A stretch of DNA of 64,000 bases from Candidatus Hydrothermarchaeales archaeon (GCA_036444275.1 JAZGAD010000048.1:92-64091), one strand, 5' to 3'. Positions 29,253 to 39,696 are shown, numbered from the stretch's first letter. Notes: a model not told the origin generated them from the sequence alone. Numbers and translations are program-made.

Positions 29253-30680
29253 ATGAATTACCTTCTAGTAGCTCCAGAACTTATCCTCGCTTCTTTTGGC
29301 ATAGTAGTACTACTCCTAGATCTATTCATAAAGGAAAAGAAACTGCTGACCTACTGGACCCTGGCTGGATTACTGACAACTCTTTTAGCGGTGTTCTACC
29401 TGCTCGGTTCCAGTGGCTTGATCTGGAACGGTATATTGATTATAGACTCGTTTTCCCTGTTCTTCAAGATCGTCTTCCTTGTTGTCGCCATCCTCGTGAC
29501 CCTCGCGTCTGCAACATACATCCAAGACGGCGATCTAGGAGAATATTTCACGCTTATCATCTTTTCTACTCTGGGGATGATGTTTGTCGCCTCCTCAGGG
29601 GAGCTGATCACCCTCTTCGTATCCCTCGAGCTCGCCACCGTGCCGACCTATGCCTTGGTGGGCTTCTTCAAGAAGGATCCTCACTCAAGCGAGGCTGCCA
29701 TAAAATACTTCATCATCGGCGCACTCTCATCTGCGATAATCGTCTTCGGCATGAGCCTAATCTATGGTGTAACCGGCTCAACGTACCTCTACGAGATCTC
29801 TGCTGCACTAAGAGAACCGGCGGTACAAGGCATGTACAACCCGGTCTTGCTTCTTGGGACTATCCTGCTGGTCGCTGGTTTTGCTTTTGAGATTGCTGCC
29901 GTGCCCTTCCACATGTGGGTCCCGGATACATACCAAGGAGCTCCGACCACAATCACGATTTTCATGGCAGCCCAGGCAGAGGCAATGGGGTTTGCAGCGA
30001 TTTTCAGGCTCTTTGGAGTCGCACTTGGGCCATTACAGCTCAACTGGCAGTCCCTCTTCATGGTTCTTGCCGTGATGACGCTGCTCCTCGGCAACCTTGT
30101 GCCACTAGTGCAGACGAGTGTGAAGCGTTTGCTGGCCTATTCCTGCATCGGGCATGCTGGCTACATTCTGATTGGCTTAGCGGTTGCCACACCCCTCGGA
30201 TTCACTGGCGGGATGTTCCATGTTTTAACATATGCATTTATGAAGGGCGGGGCTTTCCTCGTTGTAACCATGGTCTCCTACACCCTCCTCGTGGACGACA
30301 TCGATGATTACGCTGGACTGAGAGATAAGGCACCGCTTACAGCGTTTTGCATGCTCATATTCCTTCTTTCGCTCGCTGGAGTCCCACCGCTAGCTGGTTT
30401 CTGGAGCAAATTCATTATATTCTCAGCCGCAATAGAGGGGGGCGTAGCATGGCTTGCCGTATTGGGAGTTATAACAAGTGCTATATCCCTATACTACTAT
30501 GCGAGGATCATAAAAGCTATGTACCTCACCCCTACCGAGAAAATGGAGAGGATTAAGGAGCCGAAGCCCCTGCTTCTTGCCATGCTGATCGCACTAGCAG
30601 GCACTATTTTAATCGGGCTGTATCCCGAGCCTATATTGAAGTTCGTGTCAAGTGCAGTACAGAGCCTGCTCTTCTATTAA
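29253..30680 (+). CDS. nuoN: Complex I-like subunit N
   Basis: EAAIKYF, PFHMWVPDTYQGAP, KRLLAYS, SLAGVPPLAGF. Confidence 0.93.
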   Translation: MNYLLVAPELILASFGIVVLLLDLFIKEKKLLTYWTLAGLLTTLLAVFYLLGSSGLIWNGILIIDSFSLFFKIVFLVVAILVTLASATYIQDGDLGEYFTLIIFSTLGMMFVASSGELITLFVSLELATVPTYALVGFFKKDPHSSEAAIKYFIIGALSSAIIVFGMSLIYGVTGSTYLYEISAALREPAVQGMYNPVLLLGTILLVAGFAFEIAAVPFHMWVPDTYQGAPTTITIFMAAQAEAMGFAAIFRLFGVALGPLQLNWQSLFMVLAVMTLLLGNLVPLVQTSVKRLLAYSCIGHAGYILIGLAVATPLGFTGGMFHVLTYAFMKGGAFLVVTMVSYTLLVDDIDDYAGLRDKAPLTAFCMLIFLLSLAGVPPLAGFWSKFIIFSAAIEGGVAWLAVLGVITSAISLYYYARIIKAMYLTPTEKMERIKEPKPLLLAMLIALAGTILIGLYPEPILKFVSSAVQSLLFY

Positions 30681-30792
30681 TTTGCCTACTCCACTCACTA
30701 ACTTTGTATATCACCACACCACCATAGGAATCCAAGAATACGTTTGAGACCCCATACCTATCGAAGTAATTATGCGCATAATCCGGGGTTGT
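30566..30792 (+). repeat. Direct repeat copy A left of acr3
   Basis: The nuoN 3' end plus ~110 bp matching the 3' end of the 32130-34148 gene. Recurs at 32052-32228. Confidence 0.9.
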
Positions 30793-30922
30793 AATAATAG
30801 AAATTCGCGGACAGTTGTTATACTAACAGTTAAATCTCCGTGACATGTAAGTTGATTGACATGTCAGGCAATGATGGTAACGGCTAAATACAAAGCCTTT
30901 CCTCAGTGTATTTAAAGAATGG

Positions 30923-32026
30923 GTGGAACATATGAGTGGTAAATATTCGCTGGGGGTTTTCGAGAGATACCTTACTGTTTGGGTGCTCTTGATGATGGCC
31001 CTGGGAACCATCATAGGCTTAGTGTTCCCGAGTGCCATTGCCATTCTTTCATCGTTTCAGATTGCCCAGGTCTCCATACCGATAGCGGTTGTCCTTTTCT
31101 TTATGATCTACCCCATGATGGTCCAGATAGATTTTTCAAAGGTGAAGGATGCTGGTAAGAGGCCCAAACCCCTTTCCCTGACCTTATTCATCAACTGGGC
31201 CGTAAAGCCCTTCTCGATGGCAGCCATCGCCTGGCTTTTCTTTAAAGTAATATACTCTGGAGTCATATCGGCAGAGACAGCCACGGAGTATTTCGCAGGC
31301 GCGGTTCTCCTTGGCGCGGCTCCATGCACTGCCATGGTCTTCGTTTGGACACACCTGGCAAAAGGGAACCTCAACTACACCTTGATACAAGTTTCGGCGA
31401 ACGACCTCGTCCTCCTGGTACTCTACGCGCCTATCGTCGGTTTCCTGCTGAAGCTCGGCTCGGTCATCGTGCCCTATAAAACAGTGTTTTACTCCGTGCT
31501 CATCTACGTGGGCATACCTCTCGTCGCGGGCTATCTATCTCGGACGTGGGTCCTTAAGAACAAGGGGGTGCACTGGCTTGAGAACGTGTTCCTCAAAGCC
31601 CTTCACAACGTGACGATCGCTGGACTCCTGGTAACCCTCGTGCTTATCTTTATGTTCCAGGGAAAGACAATTGTCGAGCACCCCCAAGATATCTTTCTTA
31701 TCGCGATTCCTTTGGCTTTGCAGACTTTTCTCATATTTTCTCTTGGCTATACGATGGCGAGGCGTCTGTGCATCAGATACCAAGATGCGGCGCCGGCCGC
31801 CCTAGTGGGAGCAAGCAATTTCTTCGAACTCGCAGTAGCCACGGCGCTTGTGCTCTTCGGCTTAGACTCGGGTGCCACTCTCGTGACGGTTGTAGGTGTT
31901 CTCGTCGAGGTGCCCATCATGCTGGCACTCGTGAGCATATGCCTCAGGACTCAATACTTATTCCAGGACGAGTGTTTCTATTCCGAAGAAAAATCAAGGA
32001 GCTGGTGGGGATGTTTGAGAGGATAG
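30923..32026 (+). CDS. acr3: Arsenite efflux transporter Acr3
   Basis: FERYLTVWV, MIYPMM, INWAVKPF, APCTAMVFVW, GASNFFELAVA, VVGVLVEVP. Confidence 0.95.
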   Translation: MEHMSGKYSLGVFERYLTVWVLLMMALGTIIGLVFPSAIAILSSFQIAQVSIPIAVVLFFMIYPMMVQIDFSKVKDAGKRPKPLSLTLFINWAVKPFSMAAIAWLFFKVIYSGVISAETATEYFAGAVLLGAAPCTAMVFVWTHLAKGNLNYTLIQVSANDLVLLVLYAPIVGFLLKLGSVIVPYKTVFYSVLIYVGIPLVAGYLSRTWVLKNKGVHWLENVFLKALHNVTIAGLLVTLVLIFMFQGKTIVEHPQDIFLIAIPLALQTFLIFSLGYTMARRLCIRYQDAAPAALVGASNFFELAVATALVLFGLDSGATLVTVVGVLVEVPIMLALVSICLRTQYLFQDECFYSEEKSRSWWGCLRG

Positions 32027-32051
32027 TTGTCGCCCATTGACCTTTGGTGAG

Positions 32052-32228
32052 GCCCTTGCTTCTTGTCCTGCTGATCGCACTAAAAGGCACGATTTTCTAT
32101 TAACAAACATCTGCCTACCCCACTAATCACTAACTGACTTTGTATATCACCACACCACCATAGGAATCCAAGAATACGTTTGAGACCTCATACTTATCGA
32201 AGTAATTATGCGCATAATCAGGGGTTGT
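32052..32228 (+). repeat. Direct repeat copy B right of acr3
   Basis: Degenerate nuoN 3' end with an internal deletion, followed by the intact 3' end of the downstream gene. Confidence 0.9.
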
Positions 32229-34148
32229 GAATTCATAGGAGTCTATCAGGATATGCGTTATATCCTCATCTTCGATTATTCTGTCAGCGTCTGATGGTTT
32301 GCTTGGTATTGGGTATGTCGGTCTCTGTGCAAAGAAATTTATCTGCCTGAATGACTGGGTCATAATCCTCGAATTCTCAGGGGTGTTTTCTCTCAGCCAA
32401 TGGCCAGCGTCTTCCAGCAGTATGTACTTTGGGCATGCATAATACTCTATAGAGTTGGTCGCAATTACAATCTGGCTCAATACACCGATTAATAAAACTA
32501 AAGCTACGAGTCTATTCTCCGTAAGGCTATCGAGGAATCTCATTCCCAGATAGATTACTGGGAAAAACGCAGCTAATATGTATCTTTCAACCTTAATCGG
32601 CCACATAACAACTGGCAGAATCGTTAATACTAACAGAAGGACGTATAGGTTATTATCAGTCCCAACTTTTCCCTTTTTAAATTTAAACTCTCTCAGGATC
32701 TCTAAAATGGCTAGAACGAGGAATAAATGTAAAGGCCAGGTGTTAAAGGAGGGGCGAGCGATAGCGAGAAACTCTCCTATATTTACGCTGATATGCGATA
32801 GGTAGCGAGTCGAGTGTTCCACAAGAGGCGTTCCATGATTCAAAAGGGACCACACACTCCAAGGAAGCATAATTAATATGCCGGTTATTAGCGACAAAGC
32901 AAGGGGTTTTTCTCTTTTGACTAAACCATGGAAAATAATGGGCAGTATATACAGTAGTGCAATATACTTTGTCATAAAGGCGAGCGCCATAAAAACCCCT
33001 AAAACAAGATACGCATGTCGAGATGCTTGCCTATTATGATGGTGAATGTCTTCATAGATTAGGTAGCAGATCATTACAAACATTAAGACGGGTATATCTC
33101 TCAGGACATATACAGAGGATTTGTAGATCAAAGGGATAGAGAAGAACAACAGGGACCCGATAAAGGCATATTGGGGGCTGATTTTTTTGTTAAGTATGAA
33201 ATAGACGGTTAACACTAAAACAGTAGCTATTAGTACTGTAAGGAGGTATATTCCCTTCTCACCGACCACGCCCAACATGACCGCCAGAAGTATGGGGAAT
33301 ACTGGTGCAACATCCCCCGGGGCGCTGTTGAAACTGTATTCCCTGTTATTGACTAAAGAGGATCCAAGAGAGGCGTATAGCCCACCATCGTAACTGAGTC
33401 CGCATTTGAAGGAAAATGGAACCAATAGAGAAAAAGTCAGGAGCGCTAAAAGCAGCGGATATAGTATCTTCAAGGGCAATATCGAATCTAACACTGCAGA
33501 TATGGATTTTTTTCTTATGATAAGCACAAGAAAAATGGAGATTACCGTGAAAAAGAATATTAAGCCACGTAATATCTTAAACATGACCTCATGCTGCTTG
33601 GATTGATACTCTATAAATCCCTCGGAATCCATTGAGGATCTATAGAATTGGGATGCCTTCCCGTAGTACCTGTATGCATTTAGATAATCCTTCTTCTGGT
33701 AGGATTTCTCCCCGAGTTCAGCGTATATAAAGGCTATTCTGCCCCTATAATGCCTAGCCGCCTTTGTGTACCCCATACGTCTATAGATGGGGAGCGCCTC
33801 AAGGTAGTACTCTACTGCACTTAAGTCATCTCCGCTTTTCCGTTTCTCCTGAGCTAGTTCCACATATATATGGGCTACTATATCTCGGTAATGTAAAGCC
33901 TGGCCTAGAGCATTCGTTTCCTCGTATGCAGCTGCTGCCTTGTTGAAGTCCTCTATCGCACCCAGCTTATCCCCAGTTTCATATTTCATCTGAGCTGAGC
34001 TAACATAGTCTTCTGCCTCATTTGGAAACGCCCAAGAAACTTCTAGCGTCAGAAAACAAAACAATGTGAAAAGCAGCAAGACCAAGGTTTTATGGGCTAG
34101 CCTATTTTCTTCCATCACAATCCCCTTCGACCTCAGTATTGCTGGCAT
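32130..34148 (-). CDS. TPR/SNAP-like repeat domain fused to GT-C (PMT/ArnT-like) glycosyltransferase
   Basis: Signal peptide and helical repeats (AIEDFNKAAAAYEE, AVEYYLEALPIYRRMG), then YDGGLYASLG, PVFPILLA, RDIP, ALAFMTKY and ERYIL across many TM helices. Start probably MEENRL. Confidence 0.75.
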   Translation of the reverse strand: MPAILRSKGIVMEENRLAHKTLVLLLFTLFCFLTLEVSWAFPNEAEDYVSSAQMKYETGDKLGAIEDFNKAAAAYEETNALGQALHYRDIVAHIYVELAQEKRKSGDDLSAVEYYLEALPIYRRMGYTKAARHYRGRIAFIYAELGEKSYQKKDYLNAYRYYGKASQFYRSSMDSEGFIEYQSKQHEVMFKILRGLIFFFTVISIFLVLIIRKKSISAVLDSILPLKILYPLLLALLTFSLLVPFSFKCGLSYDGGLYASLGSSLVNNREYSFNSAPGDVAPVFPILLAVMLGVVGEKGIYLLTVLIATVLVLTVYFILNKKISPQYAFIGSLLFFSIPLIYKSSVYVLRDIPVLMFVMICYLIYEDIHHHNRQASRHAYLVLGVFMALAFMTKYIALLYILPIIFHGLVKREKPLALSLITGILIMLPWSVWSLLNHGTPLVEHSTRYLSHISVNIGEFLAIARPSFNTWPLHLFLVLAILEILREFKFKKGKVGTDNNLYVLLLVLTILPVVMWPIKVERYILAAFFPVIYLGMRFLDSLTENRLVALVLLIGVLSQIVIATNSIEYYACPKYILLEDAGHWLRENTPENSRIMTQSFRQINFFAQRPTYPIPSKPSDADRIIEDEDITHILIDSYEFTTPDYAHNYFDKYEVSNVFLDSYGGVVIYKVS

Positions 34149-34488
34149 CGTATATAAACGCTAGAACCAATAGCAGTACAGTAAAAAGATCAAGTAAAGT
34201 CATGGGTTGAATTACGACTCACAACCAGGACAGAGCATAGGATTTAATGCTGTAAGATCAAGTAAATCAAATCACAAATCTTAACTATTAATAATGGTAT
34301 AATTAAGTTTTTATAGTGCCATCAAATATCGCTACTAAAAGAGCATTTGGGGGCATACCGTGGACCAAAGGACAATTTATACCCTGGACAAGAGGATAGT
34401 TTTTGTTATAGGGATACTGACGGCGATATTCTTAGCGGGTAGAGCTATACGAATAAAAATGTACACCGACCTAAAGAAGAAGCTGTGA

Positions 34489-34968
34489 TTAATGCATGTG
34501 TTTGTGGCTTTCGTGCTCTCTAAATCCATAGACCATCAGTAGTAGAGAGATGACAATCATTATGAGGAACCTGCTGAATCCTACTATCGTGGGCTCGTGA
34601 TAGTGGGCAACGGCAGGCATTAGGGAGATAACGATTGCCCCTGCTGCAAATATCCCGATTGTAAGGATATATCTTGATGTTTCATATTTCGTCTCTTTGC
34701 CATGCTTCATTTTTTTAATGTTCTTTATGTACTGCACTAGGTATGCTATAGCTAGGAAAGCAAACAACCAAAAGAACCAGTATACGAAAGGCGCCCCATG
34801 TTCTTCCTCATGCACTTCTCCTTCTCCATGTCCTACCTCTCCAACTTCCTGCACCTCTACCCCACGGGTGGGCTCGGTTTTAGCCGCTTCACTGGCACTC
34901 GCTGTTGCAAACAATCCTACAAATAAGATCACATATATACCAGCGAGTATCAACATCTGTCTTTTCAT
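34489..34968 (-). CDS. His-rich membrane protein at the end of the Mrp operon
   Basis: 159 aa from MKRQMLIL, with a signal/TM, GHGEGEVHEEEHG, three TMs and a C-terminal HESHKHMH. Confidence 0.75.
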   Translation of the reverse strand: MKRQMLILAGIYVILFVGLFATASASEAAKTEPTRGVEVQEVGEVGHGEGEVHEEEHGAPFVYWFFWLFAFLAIAYLVQYIKNIKKMKHGKETKYETSRYILTIGIFAAGAIVISLMPAVAHYHEPTIVGFSRFLIMIVISLLLMVYGFREHESHKHMH

Positions 34969-34976
34969 AGCATCAC

Positions 34977-35267
34977 CTAGAATATGCACTCCTTGTGCTC
35001 TTTCTTTGTCAGAGTGTATGTCGCTGTGAAGAACAGGACAGCAACGACGACTTCTATTATGTGTCTGAATGCATCCATCGGTTCTGGGAAAAACCCTACT
35101 AACCCTATGAAGTCTGAGAGTAGCATTAACGTAGCGCTGGCTAAAGCCATACACGTTAGGAACCAGAAACCACTGTGCTCTGTTCTCCGATAGACTCTAA
35201 CCGCTAGGTATGTTGTAAAGGCAAAATATAGCGCCCCAGCCAGCCCGAAGATTACGTGCAGCTCCAT
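34977..35267 (-). CDS. Small 3-TM membrane protein
   Basis: 96 aa MELHVIFGL..., translationally coupled to its neighbour. Confidence 0.7.
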   Translation of the reverse strand: MELHVIFGLAGALYFAFTTYLAVRVYRRTEHSGFWFLTCMALASATLMLLSDFIGLVGFFPEPMDAFRHIIEVVVAVLFFTATYTLTKKEHKECIF

Positions 35268-35573
35268 CTATGACTCCTCCTTTGGGCAGCATGTATCCAA
35301 GAACTTCACCGATAGGTAACAGCTTAGAGAAAAGGATATGCCCGCTAATGCGTAGAGGCCATGCTCCAATAATAGCCAAGAACTGTTCGCGTAAAGATCC
35401 CCCAAGATCTCGGTCATTCGCCCCATTAATATTGCTATAAGCCCGCCTGCATAGAATAACCCGCGTTTTTCATATCTCTTGCTGCCTGCGATAGTCAGGA
35501 AGGCAAACGAAAACAATAGGAATATTGCCGCGATGCCAGCAGATGCCAAATCCCATATCAGGTGCAACTCCAT
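35268..35573 (-). CDS. Small 3-TM membrane protein (paralog-like of 34977-35267)
   Basis: 101 aa MELHLIWDL..., with an SD-like AAGGTGGT upstream. Confidence 0.7.
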   Translation of the reverse strand: MELHLIWDLASAGIAAIFLLFSFAFLTIAGSKRYEKRGLFYAGGLIAILMGRMTEILGDLYANSSWLLLEHGLYALAGISFSLSCYLSVKFLDTCCPKEES

Positions 35574-35686
35574 GTTATGTTACCACCTTTTGCCTTTCCT
35601 CATATCTAACTGTATTTAATATTTTCTCTATTCTTATTCTTATTCTTTCTTATCTTCCTTCCTCTTTCCCTTTCGTTATTCCTTTT

Positions 35687-38161
35687 TCACATCGTACCTA
35701 GTGCTGTTAGCAGGTATATGGTAAGCATGGTTGCCATTATGATAACTGCAATACTAATACCACTGATATTCGGTGTCTCATACAACAACTTACGGCTTTT
35801 TTGCTCAAATTCCGCTGCTCTATTCTGGAAGCCCGGTATCTCCTCCTCTCCAAAGAGTAGATCAAAGGGATATGAAAGCATTGCATATGGATATTTGGCC
35901 ACCGTGATTACGTCCTCACCTATTTCCCTGAAGAAATCCTCTGCATTCTGGTCGAATATCGAGACCGGCTCCCTAAGGTACTTGAATCTTACTTTCACCC
36001 CCAGAATCCTGTCCTGTATGTCCTTTGGTAGGCTTGAAACCTTGATGAATTCTTTACCTCTCTTTATGTATAAATCATCTATGCTATCAAACCTTGTCAT
36101 GGGTGACTTCGCTATCTCAATAAACTTTCTACCGCGCTTTATATACAAGTATAACATGCCAGACTTTCCAGGTGGACCGACTGCATCCACAAGCTTCTCA
36201 CCGGTTTTAACGTATCCCTTGTCTATCATCCTGTCAAATTCCGTAGCGGGCGCAGCAGCCTCAACCAGCCTCTTACCCGTGCCCACATAGGCCTCATCTA
36301 TCACTCTATCGAATTCCGTAGCAGGCACAGCTACCCTCATCATCTTCCTACCCGAGCCCACATAGGCATTATCTATAACCCTGTCGAAACTCGTAAACGG
36401 ACCCATGCAAAGCCCTACCAAGGCACCGGCAGTCCGGCCATACCAATAATCAACCCCCAACCAACTCGGCAAGTGGATGTGGAACCAACCCTGCTTTATC
36501 CCAAGGGCATAGACAAGAGCACCTATAAACAAGCTGACGCCAATACCTAAGAGGCTATGCACAGTCCACACGTCTATATAGGCCAACTCCTCTACGAAGA
36601 CCCCGCCATAGGTATAGGCAGAGGCAGCGGGAATCAAGAAACGGTCAACCAAGAGATTCGGCAACACACCCAAGAGGAGTATCACAGAGGCAAGGCCGCC
36701 CATAGCAATCTTCATAGGCAAGGGAGCATCCCTAACCTCGCCGAAACGCTCATCCTTCTTACCCAGGAACGTGAACGTAACCAGCTTAATAAACGAGGCA
36801 GCAGTACCGCCGCCCGTGACTACAAATATGAGTTCAGCGAGATGCAGGGAATTCATGCCAAGCAGGGGAATCACCACGCTAGAGGCCTCCTTAGCCTCGA
36901 TGATAGCATCATGCAGGATAGTCTTACTCGCATAGCCATTGAAACCAGGCACACCAACAATACCAGCGGCTGCAATCACCATGACCAAAAACGTGAAAGG
37001 CATATCCCTCCACAGGCCGCCCAACTTATACATGTTAAGCTCTTTGGTACGATAATAGACAGCGCCGACGCCAAGGAACAACAAGGCCTTAAACAAGGCA
37101 TGGTTAATGATGTGGTAGACACCACCAGCAAAGCCAATCACACCCCCATAGCCGAGGTAGGCGCCAACGCCAATACCCATGAGTATGTATCCCATCTGGC
37201 TTATACTATGATACGCCAGCATACGCTTAGAATTCTCCTGCAACAAGGCCATGCAGACAGCAAAAAACATAGTCACAATACCAATCCAGATCATCCAATA
37301 ACCAATAACAGACGTAGCATCCCAAGCACCACTAAGAGAAAACGCCCCAATGCTAGGCGTGAACATCATGTTCACCACCCTAACAATACCATAGGCACCG
37401 GCCTTAATCATGACGCCAGAGAGCAAGGCACTAGCAGGCGAAGGAGCAACAGGGTGCGCCTCAGGCAGCCAAATGTGCACAGGAAACATACCAGCCTTCA
37501 CGCCAAAGCCCAGTACCATCAACCCAGCTATCGCATACCTCCACGAGCCTAGGAAAGCCAATTCCTCTGCCAAAGGAACAAGAGCGAGAGAACCAGTATA
37601 GATATAGATTAGTACAATGCCAAACAAGAGCGAGAGGCCACCCCCAATCCCCATGAACAAGTATTTCCTACCGGCACGCATAGCCGCAGGCGTCTCAGTG
37701 TGTACAACTAGGACCCAGGAGCTCAGGGTAAGCAGCTCAAAAAAGATGAACAAACTGAAGAGGTCACCAGTCAACAGGACGCCAAGGTCAGCGGCGAGAG
37801 TAAGCACAAAGAAGGCGTAGTACCTATCCCTAGCGTGTTCATGCGTCATATAACTGATAGAATAGACCGCTACAAGAAGCCAGACAAAAGAAGTGACCAG
37901 GGCAAAGAGGAAGCCAGTGCCGTCAACCCAGAAGCCAATGCCAAAGATCATGAGGCTCCCCAAGTCGTACCCGACGACACCGCCGCCACTTATAACGGGG
38001 TACATAGAGGCAACAAGGACGAACGAAGCGAGGCAGATGGCTACGGCAAGGGCATCTCTAAGGCGTTCGGAACGCCTGCCCAGTGGATACAAAAACAAAG
38101 ACCCCAACAAAGGCACAAACACAGCCAAAGCTGGCGTTATTGATATTTCCATGGGTGTCAT
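35687..38161 (-). CDS. Mrp antiporter MrpA/D-like subunit with repeat-extended C-terminus
   Basis: FFELL, VKAGMFPVHIWLPEAHPVAP, IKAGAYG, KRMLAYHSISQMGY, plus PATEFDRxID repeats. Confidence 0.9.
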   Translation of the reverse strand: MTPMEISITPALAVFVPLLGSLFLYPLGRRSERLRDALAVAICLASFVLVASMYPVISGGGVVGYDLGSLMIFGIGFWVDGTGFLFALVTSFVWLLVAVYSISYMTHEHARDRYYAFFVLTLAADLGVLLTGDLFSLFIFFELLTLSSWVLVVHTETPAAMRAGRKYLFMGIGGGLSLLFGIVLIYIYTGSLALVPLAEELAFLGSWRYAIAGLMVLGFGVKAGMFPVHIWLPEAHPVAPSPASALLSGVMIKAGAYGIVRVVNMMFTPSIGAFSLSGAWDATSVIGYWMIWIGIVTMFFAVCMALLQENSKRMLAYHSISQMGYILMGIGVGAYLGYGGVIGFAGGVYHIINHALFKALLFLGVGAVYYRTKELNMYKLGGLWRDMPFTFLVMVIAAAGIVGVPGFNGYASKTILHDAIIEAKEASSVVIPLLGMNSLHLAELIFVVTGGGTAASFIKLVTFTFLGKKDERFGEVRDAPLPMKIAMGGLASVILLLGVLPNLLVDRFLIPAASAYTYGGVFVEELAYIDVWTVHSLLGIGVSLFIGALVYALGIKQGWFHIHLPSWLGVDYWYGRTAGALVGLCMGPFTSFDRVIDNAYVGSGRKMMRVAVPATEFDRVIDEAYVGTGKRLVEAAAPATEFDRMIDKGYVKTGEKLVDAVGPPGKSGMLYLYIKRGRKFIEIAKSPMTRFDSIDDLYIKRGKEFIKVSSLPKDIQDRILGVKVRFKYLREPVSIFDQNAEDFFREIGEDVITVAKYPYAMLSYPFDLLFGEEEIPGFQNRAAEFEQKSRKLLYETPNISGISIAVIIMATMLTIYLLTALGTM

Positions 38162-38179
38162 ACTCTATCTATGCTCCTA

Positions 38180-39682
38180 CTAGAATAGTGCAGGCATATG
38201 TAGAAATTGTCTAACAGCTGCATGAGTTAATCTGAATGGCGTATACGGCACGTTTACAAAAATCCCGAGAGCTATTGTAGCTATTGCTAATACAACTGCA
38301 GGCAATATTAATCTTATTGGTGCTTCATCATATTCTGTTATTCCGTCATCAGGCTCTTCAAAGAAGCCATTGTAGATAATGGGGAGATAATACCCAGCAT
38401 TCAGAAACGCACTGATCAATATCACGATTACGAAGATAGGGTGCCCTGCCTCAAGGGACCCTATAGCAATAAACCACTTTGTTATGAAGCCCGTTAGGGG
38501 CGGGAAGCCTATTACCCCCAATGCACAGATGGAAAAGGTCATCATTGTTATGGGCATACGTTTTCCGAGGCCGCGCATCTCGCTTATATTCTTTTTTCCG
38601 GTATGCACAAACATCGCACCTGCAATGAAGAATAGCCCACTCTTCATGATAGCCTGGTGAACTATGTGTATTATACCGCCAGTTAGGCCGTTTGGGCTTA
38701 ATAGCGCTACCCCCAAGACGACGTAGGAGAGCTGACTCACAGTCGAATACGCAAGCCTCAACTTCAGATTATTTTGTCTAAACGCGTATATTGAAGCCAC
38801 GAGTATCGTTATCGTTGCAACATAGGCGAGGATTATACCGAGGCCGAGCTCGCGCATGAGGTCCACACCAAATATATTATACACTACCCTAACGATCCCA
38901 AATACCCCTGCCTCTACTACTGCAAGAAGAGCGTTAGCCGGTGTAGGCGCAACCATAGATGTGGGGAGCCACCCATGCAGGGGCATTATCGCTGACTTGA
39001 CGCCGAAACCCATTATATACACCAAGAAAAGCAGACGCAGTGTATTCACCGGGGCAGTGCCTGCCAGTATGCCTGTCTGGGACAGCGTTACAGTGCCGGC
39101 CAACACATATGTCATGGCCATAGCACCTAAAACAGTTACCCCCCCGAATAATACATACATCAAGTATTTTCTACCAGCGCGCATCGCCTCTTCTGTCTCA
39201 TGGTGTATTATCAATGGATAGACACTTATTGACAACATTTCGTAGAATATGAACAAAGTGAACATGTTGCCGGCATAGGCTATGCCATTAGCCGCTGCAA
39301 TAGACATTGCAAATGCCGCATAAAACCTAGTCTGGTTTCGCTCACGCATACTCCTCATGTACCCTATTGTGTAGATCGCCAAGAGGATCCACATAGAGGA
39401 GGACAAGAACGCGAAGAACTGCCCAAGAGCATCTACCCTGAACTCCAGTGTAAGCATCGGGGAAATCCTAATTAGATTGGACTTATATTCTATTATGGTA
39501 CCCTGCAAAGTAGGCGGCAGCAGTGACGCAACAACCCAGAATATGGATAACGCCGCACCCATAGTCCAGAATTCTCGTAGGTTTTTGCGCTTTTCGCCTG
39601 ACAGCAATATTAGGAAAGCACAGATGATGGCTCCCAGCGGAGCCAACGCAGGTCTAATAGACTGGACTACTTCAGCTACCAA
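38180..39682 (-). CDS. mrpD: Mrp antiporter subunit D-like (3)
   Basis: FYEML, VKSAIMPLHGWLP, RLAYSTVSQLSY. Confidence 0.9.
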   Translation of the reverse strand: MVAEVVQSIRPALAPLGAIICAFLILLSGEKRKNLREFWTMGAALSIFWVVASLLPPTLQGTIIEYKSNLIRISPMLTLEFRVDALGQFFAFLSSSMWILLAIYTIGYMRSMRERNQTRFYAAFAMSIAAANGIAYAGNMFTLFIFYEMLSISVYPLIIHHETEEAMRAGRKYLMYVLFGGVTVLGAMAMTYVLAGTVTLSQTGILAGTAPVNTLRLLFLVYIMGFGVKSAIMPLHGWLPTSMVAPTPANALLAVVEAGVFGIVRVVYNIFGVDLMRELGLGIILAYVATITILVASIYAFRQNNLKLRLAYSTVSQLSYVVLGVALLSPNGLTGGIIHIVHQAIMKSGLFFIAGAMFVHTGKKNISEMRGLGKRMPITMMTFSICALGVIGFPPLTGFITKWFIAIGSLEAGHPIFVIVILISAFLNAGYYLPIIYNGFFEEPDDGITEYDEAPIRLILPAVVLAIATIALGIFVNVPYTPFRLTHAAVRQFLHMPALF

Positions 39683-39696
39683 TTCATCACCTCAAA

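Noticed and set aside
36557-37552. 331-aa plus-strand ORF and similar ORFs opposite nuo/mrp genes
   Set aside because: Antisense shadows of well-supported membrane-protein genes.
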